Made by a program: the position numbers and the translations under genes. DNA of 64,000 nt from Rhodospirillales bacterium (GTDB taxonomy: Bacteria > Pseudomonadota > Alphaproteobacteria > SMXQ01). The notes below the pieces were generated by a model. That model made no database searches, had not been told where the DNA came from, and worked only from the letters and a program-made list of their open reading frames with translations. The DNA lies in the NCBI GenBank assembly GCA_018666775.1, contig JABIXC010000007.1:96845-160844 (forward strand), read 5' to 3'. Position 1 is the first letter of the stretch, and each line of letters begins with the position of its first letter. Positions 30,428 through 41,470 of this stretch are shown here, one piece after another.

Positions 30428-31273
30428 TCATTCTGGTCCTGTAAAATCACGGTCATGATCAAGGGACGGGATTTGCGCGCGTGCGCGGGCCACCAGTGAC
30501 AGATCAATCTCAGCCATGACAATACCGGGCGCATCATCGCCTTCTGCAATGATTTTTCCCCAAGGATCAATGATCAGGGAATGGCCATAGGTTTTGCGCC
30601 CACGGGGATGGCTACCGCATTGGGCGGGGGCGATCACAAAGCTTCCGGTTTCAATGGCGCGCGCCCGCAACAACGTGTGCCAATGGGCCCCCCCGGTGGC
30701 CAGCGTAAATGCCGATGGGACGGTAATGATATCAGCGCCCGCATGGGCCAAAGCACGATAAAGATAGGGAAACCGCAGGTCATAACAGATGGAAAGCCCA
30801 ATGTTGCCAAAGGGTGTTTTGCCAATGACTGCGCGCGCCCCCGGCAAATAGGTTGACGATTCCCGGTAGCTTTCCCCGCCATCAAGAGTGGCATCGAACA
30901 TGTGGATTTTGTCATAGGACGCGACAGTGTCGCCCTGATTGTCCAAAAGGAAAGACCGGTTGGCGATCCTGTCGTCTTCACCATGATCTGGTGTTACAGC
31001 CAACGACCCCACCAACAACCAGACATCCAGTTCAACCGCCAGAGCGCGAAAAAGCTTCAGGGCTTCGTGGTTTGCCTCAATCGAGGCTGCATCGCGAACG
31101 CCTTTGCCATCCGGGGCCATGGAGGCAACATTTTCAGGGAAGGTAATCCATTCGGCACCCCTGTCTTTTGCTTCGCGAGCAAAGGTGCAGGCGGCAAACA
31201 TATTGGCGGAAAAATCATCGCCCGCATTAACCTGAATACAGGCCGCTGAAATGCGCGCCTCAGCCGGGCACAT
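30428..31273 (-). CDS. Carbon-nitrogen hydrolase family protein (nitrilase superfamily)
   Basis: Glu-Lys-Cys triad context with catalytic-Cys region 'GLSICYDLRFP'. The start is set at an internal Met to avoid a long overlap with grxC. Confidence 0.75.
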   Translation of the reverse strand: MCPAEARISAACIQVNAGDDFSANMFAACTFAREAKDRGAEWITFPENVASMAPDGKGVRDAASIEANHEALKLFRALAVELDVWLLVGSLAVTPDHGEDDRIANRSFLLDNQGDTVASYDKIHMFDATLDGGESYRESSTYLPGARAVIGKTPFGNIGLSICYDLRFPYLYRALAHAGADIITVPSAFTLATGGAHWHTLLRARAIETGSFVIAPAQCGSHPRGRKTYGHSLIIDPWGKIIAEGDDAPGIVMAEIDLSLVARARAQIPSLDHDRDFTGPE

Positions 31274-31547
31274 TGCTTTCGCTCTCTGTGCTCTCAATGC
31301 CCAGCATCCCGTCAAGGCGGCCTTCGCGATCCAACGCGGCGATTTCATCACTGCCGCCTACGGGGGCATCATCGAGAAAGATTTGGGGCACGGTATTGCC
31401 GCCGCCTCTGGCCATCATTTCCTGACGCCTGCCGGCTTCTGAATTAACGTCATAGCCGGTCCACGCCACGCCTTTTGATTCCAGCAAATTGCGGGCGCGG
31501 TGGCAAAAGCCACACCAGTCTGAATAATACATTTCGATCTTAACCAT
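31260..31547 (-). CDS. grxC: Glutaredoxin (GrxC-like; CGFC active site)
   Basis: 'VKIEMYYSDWCGFCHRARNLL...GGNTVPQIFL' shows the glutaredoxin fold signature. Confidence 0.8.
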   Translation of the reverse strand: MVKIEMYYSDWCGFCHRARNLLESKGVAWTGYDVNSEAGRRQEMMARGGGNTVPQIFLDDAPVGGSDEIAALDREGRLDGMLGIESTESESNVPG

Positions 31548-31602
31548 GAGCCCTATATAGAGGGGCAAATGCCATCTGTCACCGCTTGGTTAAAATTATT
31601 TT

Positions 31603-32418
31603 CTAGCTTTCCCGGACCACCCGGGCCAGCGTCAGGACATCCACCATGGCTGCCCCTGCGCGCCACAAGGTGCGCGTTGTCGCCTCTGCGGTGGCCCCGG
31701 TGGTCAAAACATCATCCACCAGCAACACCCGCTTTCCCTTTAGCACATCCTTAAACCGGGGATTGATGGCAAATGCACCGCGGACATTGGCTTTGCGCCG
31801 GGCCCGGTTCAGCCGCCCCTGAGACGGCGTTGATCGAATTCGGCGCAAAAGATCGGGGATTACCGGCGTATTCGCCACCCGACCAAGGGCCAATGCCAGC
31901 AATGCCGCCTGATTGTATCGGCGCATAAACAAACGATTGCGATGGAGCGGAACAGGCACGATCAAATCTGCCTCATCCACCAACGCGCCGCCCGCACGGG
32001 CCAGCCACGCGCCGTAAGCCGGGGCACCGTGAATTTTGTCACCATGTTTAAACCCCAAAATCAAAGGCCGGCTGGCATCATCATAGCGAAACACAGAACG
32101 CGCCCTTCCCCACGCCGGGGCCGCACGAACACATACCCCACACAGCGTGGCCGTTCCCAACGTGTCGCCATCATCCATCCCCAATTCAAACGGATACCCA
32201 CAGCGTCCACAATAAGGGGGAGAGACAAAGGACATCTTCGCCCAACACGCCCCACACAGCGCGCCATTGCCTGCACTGGTTCCAGCATCGACGACCACGG
32301 AACAGCCCAGGCATAATCTTGGCAATAAAAGATCAAGGCCCGCGCGCCATGCCCGGCCCAATACATTAGGGAACAAACTGGTTGAGGGGGGGTCACCCGA
32401 TGGTTTCAAGATGCTCAT
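31603..32418 (-). CDS. comF: ComF family protein (Zn-finger + phosphoribosyltransferase domain)
   Basis: 'PRLCLGCS...CGACW...YCGRCGYPF' double zinc-ribbon. C-terminal PRTase motif 'VLLVDDVLTTGAT'. Start set at an internal Met. Confidence 0.7.
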   Translation of the reverse strand: MSILKPSGDPPSTSLFPNVLGRAWRAGLDLLLPRLCLGCSVVVDAGTSAGNGALCGACWAKMSFVSPPYCGRCGYPFELGMDDGDTLGTATLCGVCVRAAPAWGRARSVFRYDDASRPLILGFKHGDKIHGAPAYGAWLARAGGALVDEADLIVPVPLHRNRLFMRRYNQAALLALALGRVANTPVIPDLLRRIRSTPSQGRLNRARRKANVRGAFAINPRFKDVLKGKRVLLVDDVLTTGATAEATTRTLWRAGAAMVDVLTLARVVRES

Positions 32419-32499
32419 GATAGAATTGGACCCGAGTGCCCATGGCCTGTCAATCGGCAAACCTTGGCGCAACATACCCAAACATGGCATATAGCTTCC

Positions 32500-33402
32500 A
32501 TGGATCATCCAGACACCAACCCGGCGCCCTTTAATCGCCAAACTGTGCGCACCCATCGCGACCGGGCAGCGGCCGATTTTGATCAGGCCGATTTTTTGTT
32601 CCGGGAATCTGGCAACCGATTGTTGGATCGCCTGATTGATGTAAAACGGAATTTCACCACCGCACTTGATCTTGGCTGTCATACCGGCACGCTGGCAAAG
32701 GCGTTGACCGCGCACCCCGGCATTGAACACGTGGTACAATGCGATCTTTCAACCAAAATGGCCCATGGGGCAAAATCACAAAACGCGCAAATGACCCTTG
32801 TGTGTGATGAAGAGACCCTGGCATTCAAGGATCAAAGTTTTGATCTGGTCACCAGCAATCTATCGCTGCACTGGGTCAATGATCTGCCGGGTAGCCTGAC
32901 CCAGATACGCCAAATTTTAAAACCAGATGGCTTGTTTCTGGCATCATTTTTAGGGGGCAATACGCTGTGTGAATTGCGCCACGCCTTTATGTCAGCAGAG
33001 CTGGAAATTGAAGCCGGGGCCAGCCCGCGCATTTCACCCTTTGCCGATGTTCGCGATGGGGGTGATCTGTTATCGCGTGCAGGATTCAAACTGCCCGTGG
33101 CCGATGTGGACACCATCACGGTCAATTTCGAAACCCCGTTTCACCTGATGCACGATCTACGCGCCATGGGGGAAACCAATGCGGTCGCCTTGGGCCGCAA
33201 AGCATTTTCCCGCCGCCAAACCATGATGGAAGCCATCAAACGCTATCCCACCGCCCCAGGATCGGGCCGTATTGATGCCAGTTTCCAGATTATCTGGCTG
33301 GCGGCATGGGCACCGGGGCCAAACCAGCCCCAACCCCTGAAACCCGGCAGTGCCACGACCCATCTTGGGGATCATCTGGGGGCATCCTCCGGCGATTCCT
33401 AG
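32500..33402 (+). CDS. Class I SAM-dependent methyltransferase (Methyltransf_11-like)
   Basis: 'LDLGCHTG' motif I. Conserved partner of grxC-comF in Rhizobiales-type synteny. Confidence 0.65.
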   Translation: MDHPDTNPAPFNRQTVRTHRDRAAADFDQADFLFRESGNRLLDRLIDVKRNFTTALDLGCHTGTLAKALTAHPGIEHVVQCDLSTKMAHGAKSQNAQMTLVCDEETLAFKDQSFDLVTSNLSLHWVNDLPGSLTQIRQILKPDGLFLASFLGGNTLCELRHAFMSAELEIEAGASPRISPFADVRDGGDLLSRAGFKLPVADVDTITVNFETPFHLMHDLRAMGETNAVALGRKAFSRRQTMMEAIKRYPTAPGSGRIDASFQIIWLAAWAPGPNQPQPLKPGSATTHLGDHLGASSGDS

Positions 33403-33455
33403 ATCGCCATTTACCAGACCCGATCAAAGGACTAGGATTCAAGGTAACGACGGAG

Positions 33456-33800
33456 ATGGCAAACCCCTCAGGAGGGCCTGCTATGAGACAGTTATTTATT
33501 GCTTGTGTGTTGATTTCTTTTTGCGCCATGACCACGCCGGTGTATGCCGCCGGTGATGTCAGGCAGGGCAAACAGATTGCTGCGCGCTGGTGTTCATCGT
33601 GTCATCTGGTTGGAAGCGCCAGGCGCAGTGCCGATGGGGCGCCGCCCTTTGCTGCCCTTGCCAATAATCCGGCCAAGACAGCACGCTATTTAAAGGCCTG
33701 GATTTCCAATCCGCATCCGCCGATGCCGAATTTCAATCTACCCCGCCAGACCATTGACGATCTGGTTGCCTATATTCGATCCCTGAAAAAAATGCCTTAA
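33456..33800 (+). CDS. Periplasmic c-type cytochrome (class I)
   Basis: Signal peptide 'MRQLFIACVLISFCAMTTPVYA'. Single 'CSSCH' heme-binding motif. Distal Met candidate (HPPMPNF). Confidence 0.7.
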   Translation: MANPSGGPAMRQLFIACVLISFCAMTTPVYAAGDVRQGKQIAARWCSSCHLVGSARRSADGAPPFAALANNPAKTARYLKAWISNPHPPMPNFNLPRQTIDDLVAYIRSLKKMP

Positions 33801-34234
33801 ATGATATCCATCAGCATCTGGACCAGCGGCACATCGGCCGGCGGCATGGCAAGGCGGGCAAGTGCATTGGGATGGTGCCAACGAATTTCCTGACCTTCCA
33901 TAGGCTTTGGGATGCCTTCCCAAACCCGGCACTGATACAACGGCATCAACAGATGAAAATCTGCATACCCATGGGACGCAAAGGTAAGCGGGCTGAGGCA
34001 GGTTTCACACACCGTGATGCCCAGTTCTTCGCCTAATTCGCGCACCAGGGCGGCTTCGGGGGTTTCACCATCATCGACTTTGCCGCCGGGAAATTCCCAC
34101 AGCCCCGCCATGGTTTTACCCTCAGGCCTTTGGGCCACCAACACCCGGCCATCAACGTCGATTAACGCAGCCGCAGCGACAAGCACAATGGGTTTATCAG
34201 GATCGGTAATCGGCATTGATTGAAATATACCCAT
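33797..34234 (-). CDS. mutT: NUDIX hydrolase, MutT-like (8-oxo-dGTP diphosphatase)
   Basis: Nudix box 'GGKVDDGETPEAALVRELGEELGI'. Confidence 0.75.
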   Translation of the reverse strand: MGIFQSMPITDPDKPIVLVAAAALIDVDGRVLVAQRPEGKTMAGLWEFPGGKVDDGETPEAALVRELGEELGITVCETCLSPLTFASHGYADFHLLMPLYQCRVWEGIPKPMEGQEIRWHHPNALARLAMPPADVPLVQMLMDII

Positions 34235-35453
34235 GGGTCAGATCACAGGTCCACACCCGGGCCGTCCCACTTTGTTTGACCGGTTTGGCGCCCACATTGA
34301 CGGAGACATCAATGTTTTTGCCCTTCATATGCCGGGCAACGGGGGCCTCTTTATAGCCTTTGCGCGCAGCCCCATTTTCGGTGATTTTTATTCCACCAAC
34401 CCGAATGGCCAATTTATCGGCATTGATCTTTTCCCCGGCCTTGCCGACCGCCATGACAATCCGCCCCCAATTGGCATCCCCTGCGGCAAAGGCCGTCTTC
34501 ACCAGAGGCGAATTGGCAATGGACATGGCAATGACTTTCGCTGCCCTATTGCTGGCAGCCCCAGTGACATCAATAGTGATAAATTTGGTTGCCCCTTCGC
34601 CGTCACGAATAATTTGGTGCGCAAGATCAAGCATCACTTCATCCAGCTTGCGCTTGAAATCGCGAAGGGCCGGATCGCTGGCTTTTGTAATGGGCTTATG
34701 GGCTGCCCCTGCTCCGGTTGCGACCAGCAGCACCGTATCGCTGGTGGAGGTGTCGCTGTCCACGGTAATGGCATTGAACGACCGCTCAGCCGCATCGCGT
34801 AAAAGGCTTTGTAAAACGGGTGCTGGCAATTTGGCGTCGGTAAACACATAGGCCAACATGGTCGCCATATTGGGGGCAATCATGCCCGATCCCTTGGCAA
34901 TGCCAGAAAGATTAACAACCTTGCCGCCAATTTTTGCCTGTGTGCTGGCACCCTTTGGATAGGTGTCCGTGGTGGAAATGGCCTCAGCCGCTTTTTTCCA
35001 GATGTCCGCCCGTGATGAAGCGGCCACATCCCCGATCAACCCCGGAAGGGCGCGCGTAATTTTGGCAATGGGCAAGCGTTCCCCGATGACACCGGTGGCA
35101 GACACCATAATGTCACTGGGTTTGGCACCCAATACCTGTGCCGTCATGGCGGCAGTGGCGGACACATCTCTGGCACCGGCCTTGCCTGTAAACACATTGG
35201 CATTTCCGGAATTGACAACGATGGCACGAATGGCACCGCCCGATAGGGCATCCCGACACCAGCGCACGGTTGGCCCGGCGGTCAGAGATTTTGTAAACAC
35301 GCCGGCAACCTTTGATCCGGGGGCCAAAACCGCCACCATCAAATCGGAACGCATGCTGGCCTTTATGCCACACGCGCTCGACGCAAGGCTGACACCTTCA
35401 ATGGCAGCCAGTTTCGGGAACCGCTTTGGCGCTAGGGGTGAAATTTTAGACAT
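34197..35453 (-). CDS. argJ: Bifunctional glutamate N-acetyltransferase / amino-acid acetyltransferase
   Basis: 418 aa. Autoproteolytic 'ATML' site (NMATMLAYVFTDA). Confidence 0.9.
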   Translation of the reverse strand: MSKISPLAPKRFPKLAAIEGVSLASSACGIKASMRSDLMVAVLAPGSKVAGVFTKSLTAGPTVRWCRDALSGGAIRAIVVNSGNANVFTGKAGARDVSATAAMTAQVLGAKPSDIMVSATGVIGERLPIAKITRALPGLIGDVAASSRADIWKKAAEAISTTDTYPKGASTQAKIGGKVVNLSGIAKGSGMIAPNMATMLAYVFTDAKLPAPVLQSLLRDAAERSFNAITVDSDTSTSDTVLLVATGAGAAHKPITKASDPALRDFKRKLDEVMLDLAHQIIRDGEGATKFITIDVTGAASNRAAKVIAMSIANSPLVKTAFAAGDANWGRIVMAVGKAGEKINADKLAIRVGGIKITENGAARKGYKEAPVARHMKGKNIDVSVNVGAKPVKQSGTARVWTCDLTHGYISINADYRS

Positions 35454-35518
35454 GATCTACTCTATTCAAAATTTATATCCGGGTAAAAATTATAAATGAG
35501 GGTCTATTTGGCAGGCCG

Positions 35519-36394
35519 TTATCGGCCGCCTCTTCCTTGGGGCATGGGCATGGGGGCCTTGGATGGATCGATTTTGGGCAAAAGAATTTCGATTTTTGCT
35601 GCCTTGCGCAGTTCTTTCATTTCCTTATCCATAAGTTCATCACGCATCGTATTGGCGAGTTTCTGCTTCACCTTGTCAAAGGTTGGTGGGGCCGCAGTAC
35701 GAATATCTTCTACCTTGATCACGTGCCAGCCAAACCGGGTTTTAACGGGGGCGCGCGCCGTTTCGCCCTTGCGCAGAGCAAAGGCTGCAGCCGAAAAGGG
35801 CGGCACCATCTGGGCACGTTTAAAATAGCCAAGATCCCCACCTTGGGTCTTGGACGGGCCGATGGAACGCTTTTTCGCCACTTCGGCAAAATCTGATCCC
35901 TTTTGCAGTTCCCCAATCACCGACATGGCTTCGGCACGGGTCTTGACCAGAATATGGCGTGCACGGACCTGTTTTTCCTGACCCATGGTTTTTTTGTCCC
36001 GGTCATAGCGACGCTTCAAGGCCTTTTCCGTGACCCGCCTTTCGATTAAACGCTGCATAAACAGCTGTTCCAGAATTTGGCCTTTGGCCTGTTCCAGGGC
36101 GCGTTTATAGGCGGGGTCCTTTTCCAGACCCAGCGCCCTACCCCGGGCAGAAACCAGCGCGCTGTCCACGAGCTTGTCCGTAATCGCGCGAATGAGAACA
36201 TCACGCGGCAAGGAAGCATATTGGGGCGGCAACGTAGCAAGGCCGATCACCACATCGGATTGGCGAATTTCCTTTCCATTCACCCGGGCCACCACGGGAT
36301 CTTCGCCCGGGGCTGTGGACTGGGCCAGAACGGGGGTACCAATAAGGCTCAAAAGGGCCAAAAATCCGAATAAACGCACGGAAAAACGGGTCAT
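35519..36394 (-). CDS. Peptidyl-prolyl cis-trans isomerase, SurA/PpiC (parvulin) type, periplasmic
   Basis: Signal peptide 'MTRFSVRLFGFLALLSLIGTPVLA'. Parvulin motif 'FGWHVIKVE'. Start set at an internal Met. The longer ORF would overlap secA. Confidence 0.75.
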   Translation of the reverse strand: MTRFSVRLFGFLALLSLIGTPVLAQSTAPGEDPVVARVNGKEIRQSDVVIGLATLPPQYASLPRDVLIRAITDKLVDSALVSARGRALGLEKDPAYKRALEQAKGQILEQLFMQRLIERRVTEKALKRRYDRDKKTMGQEKQVRARHILVKTRAEAMSVIGELQKGSDFAEVAKKRSIGPSKTQGGDLGYFKRAQMVPPFSAAAFALRKGETARAPVKTRFGWHVIKVEDIRTAAPPTFDKVKQKLANTMRDELMDKEMKELRKAAKIEILLPKIDPSKAPMPMPQGRGGR

Positions 36395-36633
36395 TTTATA
36401 CTCCTGCTTATGCGCCGCGTTAAAAGCCAAAGCGCAATTTTTTAATTCAGCGGCCCGGAAGGTACCATGATGCGCCCAAAATCCCACCCCAAAAGCAGAC
36501 AAAAAATAGCCCCAACACCCTGAAAAAGGATAGTTAAGAGCCGCTCTGATCATTGACATGGCCCTGTTGCGACACTATCTGTCTCTCTGGTCCGATCGCA
36601 GGGATTAAAGGGCCGATACAAAACCAGGGAAAC

Positions 36634-39381
36634 CCAATGCTTGCTACCTTGGCCAGACGTTTTTTTGGCAATCAAAATGATCGTTTTCTCCGCCCCTTTG
36701 AACCCAAGGTCGCGGCCATCAATGCCCTTGAGCCGGAGCTGGAAAAGCTGTCCGCCGAGGAACTCGCTGCGCGCACCGACATGTTCCGCAATCGCCTTTC
36801 CGATGGCGAAACGCTCGATGACATTTTAGTCGAAGCCTTCGCCACAGTCCGTGAAGCGGCCAAACGCACCCTGGGCCAGCGTCATTTTGATGTCCAGCTG
36901 TTGGGCGGCATGGTGCTCAATTCCGGGGCCATTTCAGAAATGGCAACCGGTGAAGGCAAGACGCTGGTATCAACCCTGCCGGTCTATCTCAACGCCCTTG
37001 AAGGCAAGGGTGTTCATGTGGTCACCGTCAATGATTATCTGGCCAAACGCGATTCTGAATGGATGGGCGAAATTTATGCCTATCTGGGCTTAACCGTTGG
37101 CTGCATCACCAATGATCTTGAAGACGATGACCGCCGGGCCGCCTATGCCGCCGATGTGACATACGGGACCAACAACGAATTCGGGTTCGACTATCTTCGG
37201 GACAACATGAAATTTTCTTTGGATGAAATGGTCCAAAGCCCCTTCAATTTTGCCATCGTCGATGAAGTTGATTCCATCCTGATCGATGAAGCACGCACAC
37301 CGTTGATCATTTCCGGCCAAGTAGAAGATTCATCTGAACTCTACGTTCAGGCTAATAAGTTCATCCCGCTTCTTGATGCCACCCATTTTGAAATGGATGA
37401 AAAGGCCAAGGCCGTCACCTTGACCGAAGGTGGCTCTGAATTTATGGAAAAAACCCTGACCGATGCGGGTCTTTTGCAGGGCAACAACCTCTACGACATT
37501 GAGAACATCGGGCTGGTTCATCACATCAATCAGGCATTACGCGCCCATAAGCTGTTCCAGCTTGACCGGGATTACATCGTCCATGAATCCAAGATCGTCA
37601 TCATCGATGAATTCACGGGCCGCATGATGGAAGGGCGGCGCTATTCTGAAGGGCTGCACCAAGCCCTTGAAGCCAAGGAAAACTGCCCCATTGAGAGTGA
37701 AAACCAGACCCTTGCCTCAATCACGTTCCAGAACTATTTCCGCATGTACCCAAAACTTGCTGGCATGACCGGAACGGCCATGACCGAAGCGGCCGAATTT
37801 GAAGACATTTATAAACTGGAAGTCATCAATATCCCGACCAACGTACCCTGCACCCGGATTGATCACGAAGATGAGGTCTATCGCACTGCGGATGAAAAGG
37901 TCGAAGCCATTCTGGAACAGATCAAGGATTGCCATGCGCGCAAGCAACCAATTCTGGTGGGAACGGTTTCCATCGAAAAGTCTGAACATCTTGCTGAGTG
38001 TTTAAAGAAACTGAAAACCCCCCATAAAGTGCTGAATGCGCGCTACCACGAACAAGAAGCCATGATCATTTCCCAAGCCGGGCACCCCGGTGCTGTGACC
38101 ATTGCCACAAACATGGCGGGACGCGGAACCGATATTCAGCTGGGCGGCAATCTGGACATGCGATTGGCCAATGAACTGGAAAAAATAACCGACGACACGA
38201 AGCGTGCTGAAAAAGAAAAAGCCATCCGTGAAGAAGTCACTGCAGGCCGCAAAATTGCCTATGACGCAGGCGGGTTGTTCGTGATCGCGTCTGAACGCCA
38301 TGAAGCACGGCGCATTGATAATCAGCTGCGTGGCCGATCGGGTCGCCAGGGCGATCCCGGGGCATCAAAGTTTTTCCTGTCTCTAGAAGATGACCTGATG
38401 CGCATTTTTGGCTCTGAACGCATGGATTCCATGTTGGGGCGTTTGGGTCTGGAAGAAGGCGAAGCCATTACCCATCCGTGGGTGTCCAAGGCCTTGCTGA
38501 AAGCCCAGGAAAAAGTTGAAGCACATAATTTTGATATCCGTAAAAACCTATTGCGCTTTGATGATGTCATGAACGACCAGCGCAAGGTGATCTACGAACA
38601 GCGGATCGAATTGATGAGCGCGGAAGACGTGTCAGAAACCATTGCCGACATGCGCCACGAAGTAACCGACAGCATGGTTTCCAGGGCCATCCCAGAACGT
38701 GCCTATCCGGAAGAATGGGATATTCCCATGTTGCACGAAGAAGTCTTGCGGGTGTTGGCGCTTGATCTGCCATTGACCGACTGGGCCAAAGAAGAAGGCA
38801 TTGCCGATGAAGAAATTCGCGCCCGGCTAATTGATGCGGGAAATCGGAAAATGGCTGAAAAAGCGGCCCATTACACCCCTGATGTCATGCGTATGGCTGA
38901 AAAAAGCATCCTGTTGCAAATCCTGGATCAAACCTGGAAAGATCACCTGCTGAGCCTCGATCACCTGCGCCAGGGGATCAACCTGCGTTCCTATGCCCAG
39001 CGTGACCCGCTGAACGAATATAAAAGCGAGGCGTTTTCGCTGTTTGAACAGATGCTGGTTCAGTTGCGCGAAAATGTAACCCAGACCCTGTCGCATCTGG
39101 AACTGAGCTTTGACAACCCGGAAAATATGGACCTGATGCCGGCACCGATGTTGCAGTCAGATATGTACGAAACTCGTTTTGACCCAACCATGAATTTGGA
39201 TGAAGAAGATGAGGGGAATGACGCATTAATCGATGGGCCCGCGCCCCAAACCGTTCGCCATGCCAGCGGTGACGCCCTTGATCCAACAAATCCGGTTACT
39301 TGGGGCAAGGTTTCGCGCAATGCGCCTTGCCCATGTGGATCGGGTAAAAAGTACAAGCACTGCCACGGGCAACTGGTTTAA
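36634..39381 (+). CDS. secA: Preprotein translocase ATPase SecA
   Basis: N-terminus '[16 protein letters not shown]'. DEAD-like motor domains. C-terminal zinc finger '[14 protein letters not shown]'. Confidence 0.95.
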   Translation, partial: PMLATLARRFFGNQNDRFLRPFEPKVAAINALEPELEKLSAEELAARTDMFRNRLSDGETLDDILVEAFATVREAAKRTLGQRHFDVQLLGGMVLNSGAISEMATGEGKTLVSTLPVYLNALEGKGVHVVTVNDYLAKRDSEWMGEIYAYLGLTVGCITNDLEDDDRRAAYAADVTYGTNNEFGFDYLRDNMKFSLDEMVQSPFNFAIVDEVDSILIDEARTPLIISGQVEDSSELYVQANKFIPLLDATHFEMDEKAKAVTLTEGGSEFMEKTLTDAGLLQGNNLYDIENIGLVHHINQALRAHKLFQLDRDYIVHESKIVIIDEFTGRMMEGRRYSEGLHQALEAKENCPIESENQTLASITFQNYFRMYPKLAGMTGTAMTEAAEFEDIYKLEVINIPTNVPCTRIDHEDEVYRTADEKVEAILEQIKDCHARKQPILVGTVSIEKSEHLAECLKKLKTPHKVLNARYHEQEAMIISQAGHPGAVTIATNMAGRGTDIQLGGNLDMRLANELEKITDDTKRAEKEKAIREEVTAGRKIAYDAGGLFVIASERHEARRIDNQLRGRSGRQGDPGASKFFLSLEDDLMRIFGSERMDSMLGRLGLEEGEAITHPWVSKALLKAQEKVEAHNFDIRKNLLRFDDVMNDQRKVIYEQRIELMSAEDVSETIADMRHEVTDSMVSRAIPERAYPEEWDIPMLHEEVLRVLALDLPLTDWAKEEGIADEEIRARLIDAGNRKMAEKAAHYTPDVMRMAEKSILLQILDQTWKDHLLSLDHLRQGINLRSYAQRDPLNEYKSEAFSLFEQMLVQLRENVTQTLSHLELSFDNPENMDLMPAPMLQSDMYETRFDPTMNLDEEDEGNDALIDGPAPQTVRHASGDALDPTNPVTWGKVSRNAPCPCGSGKKYKHCHGQLV

Positions 39382-39410
39382 CAGAAAACCTGATTAGCAC
39401 GGGTGCCGGA

Positions 39411-40367
39411 TCAGTCGAGGCCGACTTTACCCATTTCCATGAATTTTTCACGACGCTGTGCCCTGAGCGCACCGCCTTCTATGCCGACGATTTCCGCTAA
39501 GGATTTTTCCACCGCATCCCCCAGCGTTTCCATGATGCGTTCGCGGTCACGATGGGCGCCGCCGGTGGGCTCGGGGATGATTTGGTCGATGACTTTTAAT
39601 TCTTTCAGATCCTGGGCCGTCAGACGCAAAGCCTCTGCCGCTTCCTTGGCAGCGTCATTGGTCCGCCACAGGATCGATGCGCAGCCTTCTGGTGAAATGA
39701 CGGAATAGATGGCATGTTCCAGCATCAAAATCCTGTCTGCCGCTGCCAACGCAATGGCACCACCAGATCCCCCTTCACCAATAACGATCGAAATCAACGG
39801 CACCCGAAGGCGCAAACATGCCTCAATTGACCGCGCAATGGCTTCTGCCTGACCGCGTTCTTCAGCATCAATCCCGGGATAAGCACCAGCGGTATCCACC
39901 AGGGTGATAACGGGAACCTGGAAATGATCAGCCAGTTCCATCAAACGCCGGGCCTTGCGATAGCCTTCAGGGCGGGCCATGCCGAAATTACGATGCAATC
40001 GCGATTCCGTATCAGCCCCTTTTTCATTGCCAATCACCATGACAGAACGCCCCCGGAACCGGCCAAGGCCAGCAACGATGGCGGCATCTTCGGCAAACGT
40101 CCGATCACCGCAAAGAAGCGTGAAATCATCCAGCAAAGAATCAATGAAATCAATGGTATGCGGCCGTTCAGGATGGCGTGCCACCTGAACTTTCTGCCAT
40201 GGGGTCAGCTTCGCATAGGTCTGGCCAAGCAGTTTCCCGGCCCGATCCTTCAGCTTTTCGATCTCTCCACCAACATCGCTATCCCCTGCAGCCTCGCGAT
40301 GGCGCAGTTCTTCAATCTTGCCTTCAAGTTCGGCGATTGGTTTTTCAAATTCTAGAAAAGTTGGCAT
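39411..40367 (-). CDS. accA: Acetyl-CoA carboxylase carboxyltransferase subunit alpha
   Basis: 318 aa. N-terminus '[18 protein letters not shown]'. Crotonase-like CT domain. Confidence 0.9.
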   Translation of the reverse strand: MPTFLEFEKPIAELEGKIEELRHREAAGDSDVGGEIEKLKDRAGKLLGQTYAKLTPWQKVQVARHPERPHTIDFIDSLLDDFTLLCGDRTFAEDAAIVAGLGRFRGRSVMVIGNEKGADTESRLHRNFGMARPEGYRKARRLMELADHFQVPVITLVDTAGAYPGIDAEERGQAEAIARSIEACLRLRVPLISIVIGEGGSGGAIALAAADRILMLEHAIYSVISPEGCASILWRTNDAAKEAAEALRLTAQDLKELKVIDQIIPEPTGGAHRDRERIMETLGDAVEKSLAEIVGIEGGALRAQRREKFMEMGKVGLD

Positions 40368-40442
40368 TTAAAAGCTCTCATACTGACCGGGCAATGATGG
40401 ACCTTACATGCCCCGACAAACAGAAAAAGTCAATCAGCCCCA

Positions 40443-41426
40443 TTACCCTTTCGTCCCACGTGGCCCGGTACGGGATTTGGTAACCCGTGCCAGGGGGTGA
40501 TGAATACTGACCAATTGTTGCAATCGTTCATCCAGAACATGGGTGTAAATTTCCGTGGTGGAGATATCGGCATGGCCAAGGAGCTGTTGCACAGAACGTA
40601 AATCTGCCCCATGGGCCAAAAGATGGCTGGCAAAGGCATGGCGCAAAACATGGGGGGAAACAGCCTTTGCCTCAAGGCCCGATTCTATGGCCAGAAGCTT
40701 TAATTCCTGAGCAAATCGCTGACGGGTCAGATGCCCCTGGGCGGCCCGGGTTGGAAACAGCCAAGGGCTATGTTTTTCTTGTGCTCCCTCGTTGCGGCAT
40801 GACAACCATTCCCCAAGGGCGATTTGCGCTGGCTCTGAAAGGGGCACCATGCGTTCCTTGCTGCCCTTTCCCATGACCACCAAAAATTCACCATCATTGG
40901 TCATTGCTGCCAGCGGCAAACTGACCAGTTCTGATACCCGCAATCCGGTGGCATACAGAATTTCGAAAAGGGCGCGCAACCGGATGCCCTTGGGCCCTTT
41001 GCGGCCCTTGAGCACCTCAAACATGATCTCAATATCATCCTCGCTCAGGGTTTTTGGCAAGGGCCGCCCCTGAGATGGGCTATCGATCCCGGCGGTGGGA
41101 TCATCGTCGCGCAACCCTTCGGCGGCAAGAAACCGGTAGAACTGGCGAAGGGCGGACAAGCGTCTGGCTGCCGTGCCCGCACCCAGGCCTTGCTCTGACA
41201 TGGATTCAAGATATCCCTTAATCGACGCAACGCTTGCGTCTGCCAAAGGGAGCCCGCAATATTTTTCAGAATCTTCTAAATAGCGCGCAAAATAAACAAG
41301 ATCACGGCGATATGCGGCAATGGTGTTTTGCGCAGACCCCCGTTCAGCCGCCATCATTTCAAGAAATGCATCCAGCGTTTGGCCTACCAATTTCGGGATT
41401 TGAGTATCCGCCTTGCGTCCCGCCAT
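40443..41426 (-). CDS. xerD: Site-specific tyrosine recombinase XerD
   Basis: 327 aa. R..HxxR..Y catalytic residues ('HVLRHAFASHLL', 'LLGHADISTTEIYTHV'). No flanking att-like repeats or phage genes. Confidence 0.85.
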   Translation of the reverse strand: MAGRKADTQIPKLVGQTLDAFLEMMAAERGSAQNTIAAYRRDLVYFARYLEDSEKYCGLPLADASVASIKGYLESMSEQGLGAGTAARRLSALRQFYRFLAAEGLRDDDPTAGIDSPSQGRPLPKTLSEDDIEIMFEVLKGRKGPKGIRLRALFEILYATGLRVSELVSLPLAAMTNDGEFLVVMGKGSKERMVPLSEPAQIALGEWLSCRNEGAQEKHSPWLFPTRAAQGHLTRQRFAQELKLLAIESGLEAKAVSPHVLRHAFASHLLAHGADLRSVQQLLGHADISTTEIYTHVLDERLQQLVSIHHPLARVTKSRTGPRGTKG

Positions 41427-41470
41427 CTGAGTCCCTTTCCGGGATAAAAACAGGGTCTTAAAGACCCGCT

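Noticed and set aside
40443-41426. Tyrosine recombinase as marker of an integrated mobile element or phage
   Set aside because: Full XerD-type motifs are present. It is flanked by accA and conserved housekeeping genes. There are no direct repeats, tRNA target, phage or transposase genes, and no compositional shift.
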